Part shown: one piece after another, positions 9,117 to 17,951 of the stretch
How the letters are laid out: every line of letters starts with the position of its first letter
Numbering within the stretch: the first letter of the stretch is position 1
DNA from: Candidatus Iainarchaeum sp.
Lineage (GTDB): Archaea; Iainarchaeota; Iainarchaeia; JAGGVJ01
Direction: 5' to 3'
Assembly: GCA_021158055.1 (NCBI GenBank)
Contig: JAGGVJ010000045.1
Location: forward strand, 1 to 55,376
DNA: 55,376 nt
Notes under the pieces: model-generated
Told to the model about the DNA's origin: nothing
Seen by the model: the letters and a program-made list of their open reading frames with translations, nothing else
The model's database searches: none
Made by a program: the position numbers and the translations under genes

Positions 9117-11018
9117 ATGGGTTATCTAGACGACATAATAAAAAAGACACGCGAATCAAAACTGGGCGCCGCGCAAAAACAGCCGGACTTTCAACAGGCA
9201 CAACCAGAATCTCCTGTTGAAAACACAGCTGATTCACCCAAACCGACTGACGCAAACGTTCCAGAGAATATTGAAAAAGTTTCCGATTCGCACTCACAAA
9301 ATACAATAAAAAAAATTGCCAGAGCAGTGCTTGGAACAAACAACACTTCAACCCAGGCAAAAAACGCAGCTCAAACCGACCAAGCCAAAACCCAACCTGG
9401 CTTGGTTGAAAGCCAAGATCAAGGCAGTCCAATCGGAATCCAAGCGCCCCCCGTTGCAAGCGCACCGCCGCAGGATCCAGGCGCAAATTCTCAAAACCCC
9501 CAAACACAAGAAGCAATGCCACCAGCTCAAAAACAACCTGCTGAAGAAGAACCCCGCGCCCCGGAAGTGGAAATAAGCGGAAAAAAAACTCTTTTGAACA
9601 GTTACAACAAAGTAAAAATATACAAAGTTGAAAACAAACACATGCTTTTATACGACGTGCCTGTTCCAAAACTCAAGGGCAACGAAGAAATAGTCCTGAA
9701 AACTTTGAAAGAAGCGGCCACAAGACTCATTACTATTGACCCGTCAAAAATACGCGACCCGAAAAGAAGAAGAAACCTGTATCTCCAAAAAGTCAGGGAA
9801 ATCATCAAATCATCCCCAGAGCTTGGGGTGCCAACATTCAAACAAGAGTTCTACGCAGACGCCGTGGTGCGTGAAATGATTGGTTACGGCGTGCTTGACA
9901 TGGTTGTTGAAGACGACAAACTCGAAGAACTCATGGTCATCGGGCCAAACAAACCGGTTCACGTCTACCACCGCGAGTACGGAATGATGCTCACAAACAT
10001 CATGTTCTACAAAGACAGCGAAATAGAAGACATCATCAACAGGATAGCCAGAATGGACGGCAAACGCGTTGACAGGATGAGTCCGTTGCTTGACGCAAAA
10101 CTCGCAGACGGCTCCAGAGTAAACGCAACCATAAAGCCCGCTTCAATTGACGGGGCAACAATAACCATCAGAAAATTCCGGGAAGACCCATTCACAATAA
10201 CAGACCTTATCAAATCACAGACAATAGACACTGACCTGGCCGCGTTTCTGTGGATGTGCGTTGACGGCCTCGGGGCAAAACCGGCAAACATCCTGATTGC
10301 AGGAGGAACCGGTTCAGGAAAAACCACCACCTTAAACGTGCTTTCAAGCTTCATCCCAATATTTGAAAGAGTGGTGTCAATTGAAGACACTGCCGAATTA
10401 CAGCTTCCGCTAAACCACTGGATACGGCTTGAATCAAGGCATGCGGGGGTTGAAGGAACCGGTGAAATAACAATGGACGGTCTTGTAAAAAACTCACTCA
10501 GAATGAGGCCGGACAGAATCATAGTGGGTGAAGTCAGGGGAAAAGAAGCATCAACACTTTTCACTGCAATGAACACAGGCCACGACGGGTGCTTTGGGAC
10601 AGTTCACGCAAACTCGGCAAAAGAAACAACCATCAGGCTGCAGTCATCACCGATGAACGTCCCGAGAATCATGCTTGGAGCACTGAACTTCATTATCATA
10701 CAACGCAGGATACACGACAGGAGAAAAGGAACCATCAGAAGAATAACAGAAATCGCCGAAATAAAAGGCGTGCTTGAAGGAAACCTTGAAGTCGACCCGC
10801 TTTACGTGTGGGATGCAGCGACCGACAAAATGAAATCAACCGGAATACCCTCAAAATACCTTGAAGAAATATCAAAATACACGGGTCTGAATCTAAACGA
10901 AATAGAAAAAGAAATACAGGCACGCAAAAAAATAATTGAAAAAATTGTGAAATCAAACATCAGGGAAATGGACAAAGTGTGTGAAATAACGCAAAACTAT
11001 ATATCCAACAAAAAATAA
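9117..11018 (+). CDS. Type IV pilus assembly ATPase (TadA/CpaF/VirB11 family) with long low-complexity N-terminus
   Basis: Walker A GGTGSGKTT, SIEDTAEL, LRMRPDRIIVGEVRG and TGH..GTVHA His box. Confidence 0.93.
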   Translation: MGYLDDIIKKTRESKLGAAQKQPDFQQAQPESPVENTADSPKPTDANVPENIEKVSDSHSQNTIKKIARAVLGTNNTSTQAKNAAQTDQAKTQPGLVESQDQGSPIGIQAPPVASAPPQDPGANSQNPQTQEAMPPAQKQPAEEEPRAPEVEISGKKTLLNSYNKVKIYKVENKHMLLYDVPVPKLKGNEEIVLKTLKEAATRLITIDPSKIRDPKRRRNLYLQKVREIIKSSPELGVPTFKQEFYADAVVREMIGYGVLDMVVEDDKLEELMVIGPNKPVHVYHREYGMMLTNIMFYKDSEIEDIINRIARMDGKRVDRMSPLLDAKLADGSRVNATIKPASIDGATITIRKFREDPFTITDLIKSQTIDTDLAAFLWMCVDGLGAKPANILIAGGTGSGKTTTLNVLSSFIPIFERVVSIEDTAELQLPLNHWIRLESRHAGVEGTGEITMDGLVKNSLRMRPDRIIVGEVRGKEASTLFTAMNTGHDGCFGTVHANSAKETTIRLQSSPMNVPRIMLGALNFIIIQRRIHDRRKGTIRRITEIAEIKGVLEGNLEVDPLYVWDAATDKMKSTGIPSKYLEEISKYTGLNLNEIEKEIQARKKIIEKIVKSNIREMDKVCEITQNYISNKK

Positions 11019-11083
11019 ACATTAAAAACTACATACTTATGAATAACAATGATACATAAACTTGAAATCCAAGGGGAACACCA

Positions 11084-12208
11084 ATGAGCAGCAAAGACGA
11101 AGAAGACAAAATAAAACGACTCAAGGAAATTGTCGAAGGAGACAGCGGTGAAAAAGAACTCATTGATTACTCCAAAGTGGAAAAAATTGTCTCAAGGCTA
11201 AAAAAAGACGAAGGAAAATACGGCGACGACGAAGAAGCCCTTGAAAAAATCGGGCTCAAAAAAGGGACAAAAACCGGGCAGTTAAGCGGGGAGCGAATCA
11301 GCGACCTTTCCGAAAACGAAAGCCCGCTTATCAGGGCAATCGGCTCCATTTACAGCAAACTCGGGGGACCGGCACAAGCCATTGACAACCTCCTGAAAAA
11401 AACACCTCTCGCAAAAGGACTGAAACATTACTTAATCGCGGCAAAAATGAGGTTTTCTGTCGCGCAATACCTTGCAATAACTGTCACCGTACTCCTTCTC
11501 TCCATAATCATCTCCACAATACTCCTCATTACACTTACTGCCGCGCTAAAACTTCCGCCGATGACAGTCCTGCTCGGAGTTCCGGCACTAAACCTGTTTG
11601 TCTTAATAATCCTCTTCACAATTCCGAAAAGCAAGGCAAAATCAAGAGCATCAGCTGTTGACAAGGAACTGCCGTTTGCGCTTCGGCACATGGCAACAGA
11701 AATAAAAGCAGGTCTTGGACTGCACAAGTCAATGGCTTCAATTTCAGACGCCAACTACGGCGTTCTGTCAGACGAATTCTCAACCACCCTGAAAGAAATA
11801 GAACAGGGAACCTCAACTGAAGGAGCACTTCGAAGAATGGCAGGGCGCTCTGAATCAGAAGGCCTGAAACGCGCGATAAACCACATAATACGCGCTTTGA
11901 AAACAGGCGGAAACCTTTCAGACCTGATAATCTCAATTGCAGACGACGTGTCATTTGAACTCAGGATGAAGCTTGCCGACTTCACGGAAAAACTGAATTT
12001 CTTTGGATTAATCTACATATTCATGGCAATAGTGACGCCGGTTTTCTTTTCAATAATAAACGCAATCATGAACATCCCAATAGAAGGGGGGGTAAAACTG
12101 TTCACGCCGCTGCCGTTGAACTTAGTTGCGGTAGTGTATTTTCTGGCATTCCCCATGCTTCTTGTTTTACTGGTGTTTTTGGTAAAATCAAGCCAACCGG
12201 AGATATAA
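11084..12208 (+). CDS. Type IV pilus platform membrane protein (TadB/TadC, T2SS F domain)
   Basis: ELPFALRHMATEIKAG, YGVLSDEF, multiple TM helices. Follows the ATPase. Confidence 0.88.
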   Translation: MSSKDEEDKIKRLKEIVEGDSGEKELIDYSKVEKIVSRLKKDEGKYGDDEEALEKIGLKKGTKTGQLSGERISDLSENESPLIRAIGSIYSKLGGPAQAIDNLLKKTPLAKGLKHYLIAAKMRFSVAQYLAITVTVLLLSIIISTILLITLTAALKLPPMTVLLGVPALNLFVLIILFTIPKSKAKSRASAVDKELPFALRHMATEIKAGLGLHKSMASISDANYGVLSDEFSTTLKEIEQGTSTEGALRRMAGRSESEGLKRAINHIIRALKTGGNLSDLIISIADDVSFELRMKLADFTEKLNFFGLIYIFMAIVTPVFFSIINAIMNIPIEGGVKLFTPLPLNLVAVVYFLAFPMLLVLLVFLVKSSQPEI

Positions 12209-12231
12209 TAAAATAAGGTACAGGTGCAAAA

Positions 12232-13143
12232 ATGAACGGAATTGAATTATCAGAACGGTTTGAGTTTCTTGCAAAGTACAAAAAGTATATGAACTCAGCA
12301 AAACTCGCAGCCCCTCCAGAAATCTGGATAGTCGGTTCAATCATAGCATCAGCAGTCCTTTCTTACCTGTCATTTATCCTGCTGAACGACTTTTTCGGAA
12401 GCATTATCTTATTATTGTTTTTGGGAACATTCAGCCTGGGATACCCATACATGCTGCACCAAAAACGCATTGAAGACATTGACAAAAACCTTCCCGGGGT
12501 GTTAAGGGAGATTGCGACCTCGCTCAAGTCCGGGGGAACCATGGAACACTCACTCAAAGAAGTCATTGAATCCGATCACGGGGCAATGACACACGAGATA
12601 AAAGTAGTGATTAAAGAGATGCGGGACGGGAAAACATTTTCCGACGCAATGAAATCCATGGCCAGACGAGCCGATTCACAGCTCCTTGAAAGGTCTGTGT
12701 TTATAATCGTGGACGCGGTAAAAGCAGGTGCAAGCATCGCTGATGTTCTGGAGGCGCTGGCTGAAGACATCAGAAAAATATACAGGCTGAAAAGAGACAG
12801 GGTCTCAAAAACAACCATGCAGTTTATGTTCATAATCTTCGCAGGGGGACTGATTGCACCAGTACTATTCGGGCTCTCGGTCCAGATACTCCACTTCATG
12901 ATCACAAGCGCCACTTCGGGAACAAGCGACATCGCATTAAAAGCACTTGACGCAGAAAAAACATTAACTGACTATATGACAATTTATTTAATCATAGAAG
13001 CGGCTTTCTCATCGCTCATGATCTCAATAATCCGCACAGGAAAATTCACAAAAGTAATCACGTACGGCCCGATGATGATTGCAATGGCTTACTTTTTCTT
13101 CAAAGTCGGCCAGGTGTTTGGAGGCATGCTTCTCGGGGCATAA
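12232..13143 (+). CDS. Second type IV pilus platform membrane protein (TadB/TadC)
   Basis: NLPGVLREIATSLKSG, G.TFSDAM, TM helices. Confidence 0.87.
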   Translation: MNGIELSERFEFLAKYKKYMNSAKLAAPPEIWIVGSIIASAVLSYLSFILLNDFFGSIILLLFLGTFSLGYPYMLHQKRIEDIDKNLPGVLREIATSLKSGGTMEHSLKEVIESDHGAMTHEIKVVIKEMRDGKTFSDAMKSMARRADSQLLERSVFIIVDAVKAGASIADVLEALAEDIRKIYRLKRDRVSKTTMQFMFIIFAGGLIAPVLFGLSVQILHFMITSATSGTSDIALKALDAEKTLTDYMTIYLIIEAAFSSLMISIIRTGKFTKVITYGPMMIAMAYFFFKVGQVFGGMLLGA

Positions 13144-13161
13144 TTAAAGCAAGGTGGTTTA

Positions 13162-13326
13162 ATGGATGAAAAAGGACAGGCATCAATCGCACAACTGCTC
13201 ATGATCGGAGCCGCCGTAGTTATTACTGTAATCGTCATAGGTGTTTACAAATCAACCCTGAGCGGAACTGTCGGAAGTTCTAAAACGCAACTTGAAGAAT
13301 TTGCGGAACAAGCAGGGGAAATTTAA
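13162..13326 (+). CDS. 54-aa class III signal peptide mini-pilin (not in ORF track)
   Basis: Manual translation MDEKG|QASIAQLLMIGAAVVITVIVIGVYKSTLSGTVGSSKTQLEEFAEQAGEI*. SD AGGTGG upstream. Confidence 0.85.
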   Translation: MDEKGQASIAQLLMIGAAVVITVIVIGVYKSTLSGTVGSSKTQLEEFAEQAGEI

Positions 13327-13354
13327 ACCAAACCAGAGCAAACGCCTGAAAAAC

Positions 13355-13390
13355 AAAACTTATTTAAAAACAAAAGCATTTAAAGGGTTA
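13355..13390 (+). promoter_or_regulatory. Putative archaeal BRE/TATA promoter for the pilin pair
   Basis: AAAAGCATTTAAA and TTATTTAAA in the intergenic gap before the 13444 ORF. Confidence 0.4.
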
Positions 13391-13443
13391 ATCAAAAACA
13401 AAAAAGTTAACTGGAAACAAAAACAACTTCGGAGATGGGTAAA

Positions 13444-13557
13444 ATGAAAATTACAACTGGAATAAAAGGACAGGGAGCAATCGAATACCTGCTCATGATA
13501 GCCGGGGCCGTTGCCTTGGCAATTGTAGCCATAACAGTTTTACAGGGAGTACTATAA
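13444..13557 (+). CDS. 37-aa pilin consisting of little more than the N-terminal helix (not in ORF track)
   Basis: MKITTGIKG|QGAIEYLLMIAGAVALAIVAITVLQGVL*. GGAG upstream. Alternative ATG at 13435. Confidence 0.7.
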   Translation: MKITTGIKGQGAIEYLLMIAGAVALAIVAITVLQGVL

Positions 13558-13586
13558 TCTAAATCAATCAATCTATATATGGAGGC

Positions 13587-14129
13587 GTGGAAATGGTTTT
13601 TACAAAAGACAAAATAGGGCAGGGAGCAATCGAATATCTTCTGATGATTGCAGGAGCAGTCGTTGTGGCTGTCGTGGTCATCGTGCTCATACAGGGAATG
13701 GCTCAAAGCGGAGAATCACAGGCGCTTGACGCACAATACAACGCGCAAGTAGAAACATCAAAAATCGGGGCAACAATATTAACAGGGGCAGGTACCAGCG
13801 TAGGAAGCGGCTTAAAATTATGCGGAGGATCAGTCATTGGAACAGGGGTAATCATACCTACCGGCACAACAATCCCTGCTAAAACATACTTCCCGTCAAA
13901 TATGGTAATTCCAGATACTAACGATTTTATGTACAATGGTGCAAATATGACTGGAGGCAGTCAACTTGCCGGCTCTGTAATAATAGATAATGACATAGTA
14001 CTCAATTCTGCGTACACCTTAGGTTTTGATATGTTAATACCGCAAGGCACACATGTACTTGTGGGCGCATCAGCTATGGAGCCTGGCGTGTACACAATAT
14101 GGCAAAAAGGAAAAATTAACGGGTGCTAA
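13587..14129 (+). CDS. Type IV pilin, candidate major pilin
   Basis: KIG|QGAIEYLLMIAGAVVVAVVVIVL class III signal followed by a Gly/Thr/Ile-rich domain. A terminator follows. Alternative start ATG 13593. Confidence 0.85.
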   Translation: MEMVFTKDKIGQGAIEYLLMIAGAVVVAVVVIVLIQGMAQSGESQALDAQYNAQVETSKIGATILTGAGTSVGSGLKLCGGSVIGTGVIIPTGTTIPAKTYFPSNMVIPDTNDFMYNGANMTGGSQLAGSVIIDNDIVLNSAYTLGFDMLIPQGTHVLVGASAMEPGVYTIWQKGKINGC

Positions 14130-14133
14130 ATGT

Positions 14134-14164
14134 GAAGGGCTTTTGCCCTTCCTTTTTTCTTTTT
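14134..14164 (+). terminator. Hairpin plus U-tract intrinsic terminator
   Basis: GAAGGGC-TTTT-GCCCTTC followed by CTTTTTTCTTTTT directly after the pilin stop. Confidence 0.75.
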
Positions 14165-14187
14165 AAAAAAATCAAACAAGTGTAAAA

Positions 14188-14391
14188 ATGGATGAAAAAG
14201 CACAGGTTTCAATCGAATACCTTTTCATGGTAACCGTCTCCCTAATTCTTATCTCGATTGTTTCCAGTGTGGTATTTGGATTCGGTCGATTCAGCAACGC
14301 AAACACTGACTTAATAGACAACACTTCAACAGCCGACCCGGACGACGGCCTGAAAAACGAAATGCTTAAAGGGTGGCTAAACACCACTTAA
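14188..14391 (+). CDS. Small class III signal peptide pilin (DUF361-like QxSxEY)
   Basis: MDEKA|QVSIEYLFMVTVSLILISIV. Confidence 0.85.
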   Translation: MDEKAQVSIEYLFMVTVSLILISIVSSVVFGFGRFSNANTDLIDNTSTADPDDGLKNEMLKGWLNTT

Positions 14392-14448
14392 AGAGCGGAT
14401 AAACACCGCCACTTCATAATAAAACAATAGTAATTGTGATATGATACT

Positions 14449-14613
14449 ATGGATGAAAAAGGACAAGCTGAAATCGAATACCTGCTCATGACCGTTCTTG
14501 GGATATCCATGATAAGTGTTGCAATAATAGTCGCATCACAATCAGAACTCATAGTAAACCAAACACGAACAGGAGTGCAGAGCATACGGGAAACACTTCT
14601 CATAAACAGCTAA
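14449..14613 (+). CDS. 54-aa mini-pilin (not in ORF track)
   Basis: MDEKG|QAEIEYLLMTVLGISMISVAIIVASQSELIVNQTRTGVQSIRETLLINS*. Confidence 0.85.
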   Translation: MDEKGQAEIEYLLMTVLGISMISVAIIVASQSELIVNQTRTGVQSIRETLLINS

Positions 14614-14630
14614 AAGGCAATAACATGAAC

Positions 14631-14795
14631 ATGGATGAAAAAGGACAAACATCAATAGAATACCTCCTGATTGTATCAGTCCTGCTTTTAATAGTTGCAT
14701 CTGCGTCCTCAATAGCCATACAAATAAGAAAAATCGGGGTTGCCATGGACTCCCGCGCACTTGAATACAAATCAGCAGTAATCTCAAAAATGTAA
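14631..14795 (+). CDS. 54-aa mini-pilin (not in ORF track)
   Basis: MDEKG|QTSIEYLLIVSVLLLIVASASSIAIQIRKIGVAMDSRALEYKSAVISKM*. Alternative ATG at 14625. Confidence 0.85.
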   Translation: MDEKGQTSIEYLLIVSVLLLIVASASSIAIQIRKIGVAMDSRALEYKSAVISKM

Positions 14796-14886
14796 CCTTG
14801 TTCAGACAGATCAAACAAGCAACCGGCAAACCGAACTATTCAGCAAAAAGTATTAATTTCAGCGCAACTCTTTCTTTACTGATCAA

Positions 14887-15984
14887 ATGTATGCATACCT
14901 CACGCTCTTTCTGACAACAATCTACCTTGCCGCAGCAAGCTATTCAGACATCAAAACCAGGTTTGTCAAAAACAAACTCACTTACTCAATGACTGCACTC
15001 GGATTCCTGATCCATGCAACCCAAAGCATTCTTGAATCAAACCCGCAACCCCTCATGTTCTCAATTGCCGCCGCAACCACAGCATACGTTTTTGTTTACT
15101 TTCTCTGGAGGCTCGGCGTGTTTGCAGGGGGAGACGCAAAACTCATAGTCGGCATCGCAGCAATGCTTCCGACCCACCCGTTTTCAGCTTACCCGTCACT
15201 CACGAACCCGCTGCTTGAAATCACCACTGCAACGGCATATCCCTTGTTCTGGGCGACCGTGACAGCAATGAGCTTTATCTCAATCGCCCCATTCATACTG
15301 ATCTACTGCGCATACCATTCAATTCGGCTCAAAAAAACAGGCCTTCATATGCTTTCAAAAAAACCGTTTCTTGACGCAATGCTTTTAACCGGGTGGACAA
15401 CAATCTCTTTTCTTTCAAACCTTCCCTGGTTTATTGTGATTCCTGGAATCTTCGCGGTTTTTGCAGCAAACTCAAAAATCAAAACCCCTGTTCTTCCCAT
15501 TGTGTTGATTTCAACAGGGTTGTTTTTGGCGCTTGAGCTGACAGTGCAGGTTTTAGCCCCGACAATTTTCCTGCTTTACACATTTGATCTCGGCAAAAAG
15601 TTTTACAAAACCACAAGCAAACACGTGCTGTCACAGGAAAAAAAAATAAGCGAACTTGAAGAAGGAGACATAATCAGTGAAGAAGTGTTTTTTGAAGACA
15701 ACCGGCTTGTCAAAAGAAAACACGATTTTTTTGAACCAATAAAACTTCTTCTTTCAAACAACAAGGAAAAACTGGCAAAACTCAACTCAAGGCAATGGAT
15801 TGCAAACCCAAAAAGGGCAGCCGGACTTACAGAAGAAGAGCTCGCAAAATTAAACGAGCTCTCAAAAAAAGGACTCATTAACTCACTCACCGTGAAAAAG
15901 TCAGTTCCCTTCACACCCGCAATATTTATAGGGTTCCTGTTATCTATGATAATTGGAGATTTCTTATGGCTTGTGATAAAATGA
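14887..15984 (+). CDS. A24 family prepilin peptidase, EppA-like
   Basis: Catalytic Asp pair SYSDIK and FAGGDAKL. Extra TM helices. C-terminal ISELEEGD..GLT..VPFTPAIFIG. Located inside the pilin operon. Confidence 0.88.
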   Translation: MYAYLTLFLTTIYLAAASYSDIKTRFVKNKLTYSMTALGFLIHATQSILESNPQPLMFSIAAATTAYVFVYFLWRLGVFAGGDAKLIVGIAAMLPTHPFSAYPSLTNPLLEITTATAYPLFWATVTAMSFISIAPFILIYCAYHSIRLKKTGLHMLSKKPFLDAMLLTGWTTISFLSNLPWFIVIPGIFAVFAANSKIKTPVLPIVLISTGLFLALELTVQVLAPTIFLLYTFDLGKKFYKTTSKHVLSQEKKISELEEGDIISEEVFFEDNRLVKRKHDFFEPIKLLLSNNKEKLAKLNSRQWIANPKRAAGLTEEELAKLNELSKKGLINSLTVKKSVPFTPAIFIGFLLSMIIGDFLWLVIK

Positions 15985-16427
15985 CAAAAACTCTTTGCGG
16001 GACAAAAAGAGGACAAATTGCAGTGGAATTCATTTTTTTAATGCTCATAATTTTCACTTTAATTGCAACCATTGTCGCACCCGCATCATCAGTTGCAGTT
16101 GACAGCGTGAAAGAAGTCGGAGGAACCGCGCAATGCAAACTGAACGCCAGGATGCTTGCAAACGCAATTGACTCAGTGAACATCGCGGGAGACGGTGCAA
16201 AACAAACACTTTACCTGCAACTGCCCCCAAACTGCTCGCTTGACACCACAGCGGGTTCAGAAGAAGTGAACTTTGAATTCACCCAGGCAGGCAACACAAA
16301 CCAAGGCACAGTCGGATTAAAAACTTCAACAAATGCAATTACCTGCAACAACCCGGATTCCGCAGCACCTGCAACAATAGAAGCAGAAATCACTGCGACA
16401 TCCGTAACCTGCACAACCACCCCGTAA
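15981..16427 (+). CDS. Minor pilin (class III signal peptide)
   Basis: KRG|QIAVEFIFLMLIIF. ATGA overlap with the peptidase stop supports start 15981. Confidence 0.85.
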   Translation: MTKTLCGTKRGQIAVEFIFLMLIIFTLIATIVAPASSVAVDSVKEVGGTAQCKLNARMLANAIDSVNIAGDGAKQTLYLQLPPNCSLDTTAGSEEVNFEFTQAGNTNQGTVGLKTSTNAITCNNPDSAAPATIEAEITATSVTCTTTP

Positions 16428-16449
16428 ACGCAACCAACAAGACGGTAAC

Positions 16450-16872
16450 ATGAAAAACCATTCCATGAAACGCGGGCAAACAGCAATTGAAGCGCTGCTT
16501 GCATTAAGCATTGTCCTAATACTTGCCACAGCAAGCTTTTCAGGCCTGAACGAAGAAACCCTATTAAACAACTCGGCAATCCTTTCAAGAGAATGCACCC
16601 TCCGCGCAATCAACGACACACACTACAACTCCGGAGCAGTGAACACAAACAACGTCATGAGAATAACCGGAATAACCCCTTCCAGCCCGCCCGGCCCGAC
16701 ATCATTCGACGCCGACAGTGCTGAAATGATTGTCTACAGCGAAGAAAGCGGACAGATAAATGCAGGATCTTCGCTGGAAACCAGCATCAATACTTACTGC
16801 AACGGAAACCCGACTCCGGACGACATCATATCCGGGTTTCTTGAAAACGTAAACGTTTCACTTCCCCCATGA
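16450..16872 (+). CDS. Minor pilin (class III signal peptide)
   Basis: MKRG|QTAIEALLALSIVLIL. Confidence 0.83.
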   Translation: MKNHSMKRGQTAIEALLALSIVLILATASFSGLNEETLLNNSAILSRECTLRAINDTHYNSGAVNTNNVMRITGITPSSPPGPTSFDADSAEMIVYSEESGQINAGSSLETSINTYCNGNPTPDDIISGFLENVNVSLPP

Positions 16873-16895
16873 TAATTTTTTAAAGGCGGGATTGC

Positions 16896-17525
16896 ATGAA
16901 TGAAAACAAACAAGAAAAAAAACATGACAAAACCGCAGGCAACACAAAAAGGAAAAAACACATCCTGCTTGCTCTTCAGATACTCATAATCGCGACAATT
17001 GTTGCAAACACTTTCGCAGTCATATTCCCTGACATTTGCATCACCGCCTTTTTAGTGACCCTGGCGTTTTTTGCAATCATTGCCTACATCATAAGAACAA
17101 AAATTTCGCAGATCTACCCGCAAGACAAACATGCATACTACGTGTTTTTTGCAGGAATAGCTTTTCTTGCAGTCCTGATGCCTCAAATACCAAAACTGCT
17201 TGTCAACGGCACAGTTAACCTGCGCTTTGTTTACTACAACTTTCTCTGGAGCACGTTTCTTTTAATCGGCGCAATTGTCCTGTTTTACATCGGCTTCTTT
17301 GTGTTCTTCGGCAGAAACTACACCTACGCAAAAGTAGTGTTGGCAGACAATGAAAAAGCAGCTGTTGAAACAACTTTCGATCTCCTGGCGCGCTCGCAGG
17401 AAGGAAGCTTTGTGGTTGAAAACAGCGCAAAAGCAAAAAAAGGCGACAAAGTAAAAGTGCGGGTCCGCGGAAGCCTGTTCGGCACAAGGAAACCGACAGA
17501 AACAATTGAGGTAACAAGTGAATGA
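16896..17525 (+). CDS. Membrane protein, DUF2101-like, pilus-operon associated
   Basis: Four TM helices then a beta-rich tail YTYAKVV..KKGDKVKVRV..P. Family assigned from memory. Confidence 0.6.
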   Translation: MNENKQEKKHDKTAGNTKRKKHILLALQILIIATIVANTFAVIFPDICITAFLVTLAFFAIIAYIIRTKISQIYPQDKHAYYVFFAGIAFLAVLMPQIPKLLVNGTVNLRFVYYNFLWSTFLLIGAIVLFYIGFFVFFGRNYTYAKVVLADNEKAAVETTFDLLARSQEGSFVVENSAKAKKGDKVKVRVRGSLFGTRKPTETIEVTSE

Positions 17526-17910
17526 CACGCAGCTAAACCAAATCGGACTCACTGCGTCAGTAATCGGCTTAGTCCTGCTTTTCGTGTTCTCAACGCAGAC
17601 CGTGCCTGAAAAAACCAAGCTTTCAGACCTGCAGGAAATGCCCTTGGGCTCAACAGTGCTTACAAAAGGATACATTAAATCAAGCTACGTAAGCCAAAAC
17701 AACAACCTTTTTCTGAAAATCGTCGAAGGAAGCGCCTCAATTGACGTCGTCATGTTTGAAAGAACATACTCAAAATACAAAACATTGAACGAAAACAACC
17801 CGGTTTCCCTTGCAAAAGGAAAACTTGCGGTCGTGTGCGGGAAACTCACTGAATACGAAGGAAAAAACGAGATAATAATCAACTCGCCTGACTGCCTGAA
17901 AATCATCTGA
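17518..17910 (+). CDS. Membrane-anchored OB-fold protein
   Basis: N-terminal TM helix. V.TKGYIK..LFLKI..IDVVMF..G..V.V.GKL.EYEGKNEII OB-fold pattern. Confidence 0.7.
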   Translation: MNDTQLNQIGLTASVIGLVLLFVFSTQTVPEKTKLSDLQEMPLGSTVLTKGYIKSSYVSQNNNLFLKIVEGSASIDVVMFERTYSKYKTLNENNPVSLAKGKLAVVCGKLTEYEGKNEIIINSPDCLKII

Positions 17911-17951
17911 AAACGGCCATAAATAATTAACTGCAAAAACCAATTAATTAC

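Noticed and set aside
8998-9669. 223-aa minus-strand ORF and the many other short shadow ORFs in the track
   Set aside because: They overlap well-supported genes in antisense or alternative frames and have no recognisable motifs.
9117-16872. Archaellum operon
   Set aside because: No ArlH/F/G or archaellin-type N-termini. Two TadB/C genes and QxSxE pilins indicate a pilus.
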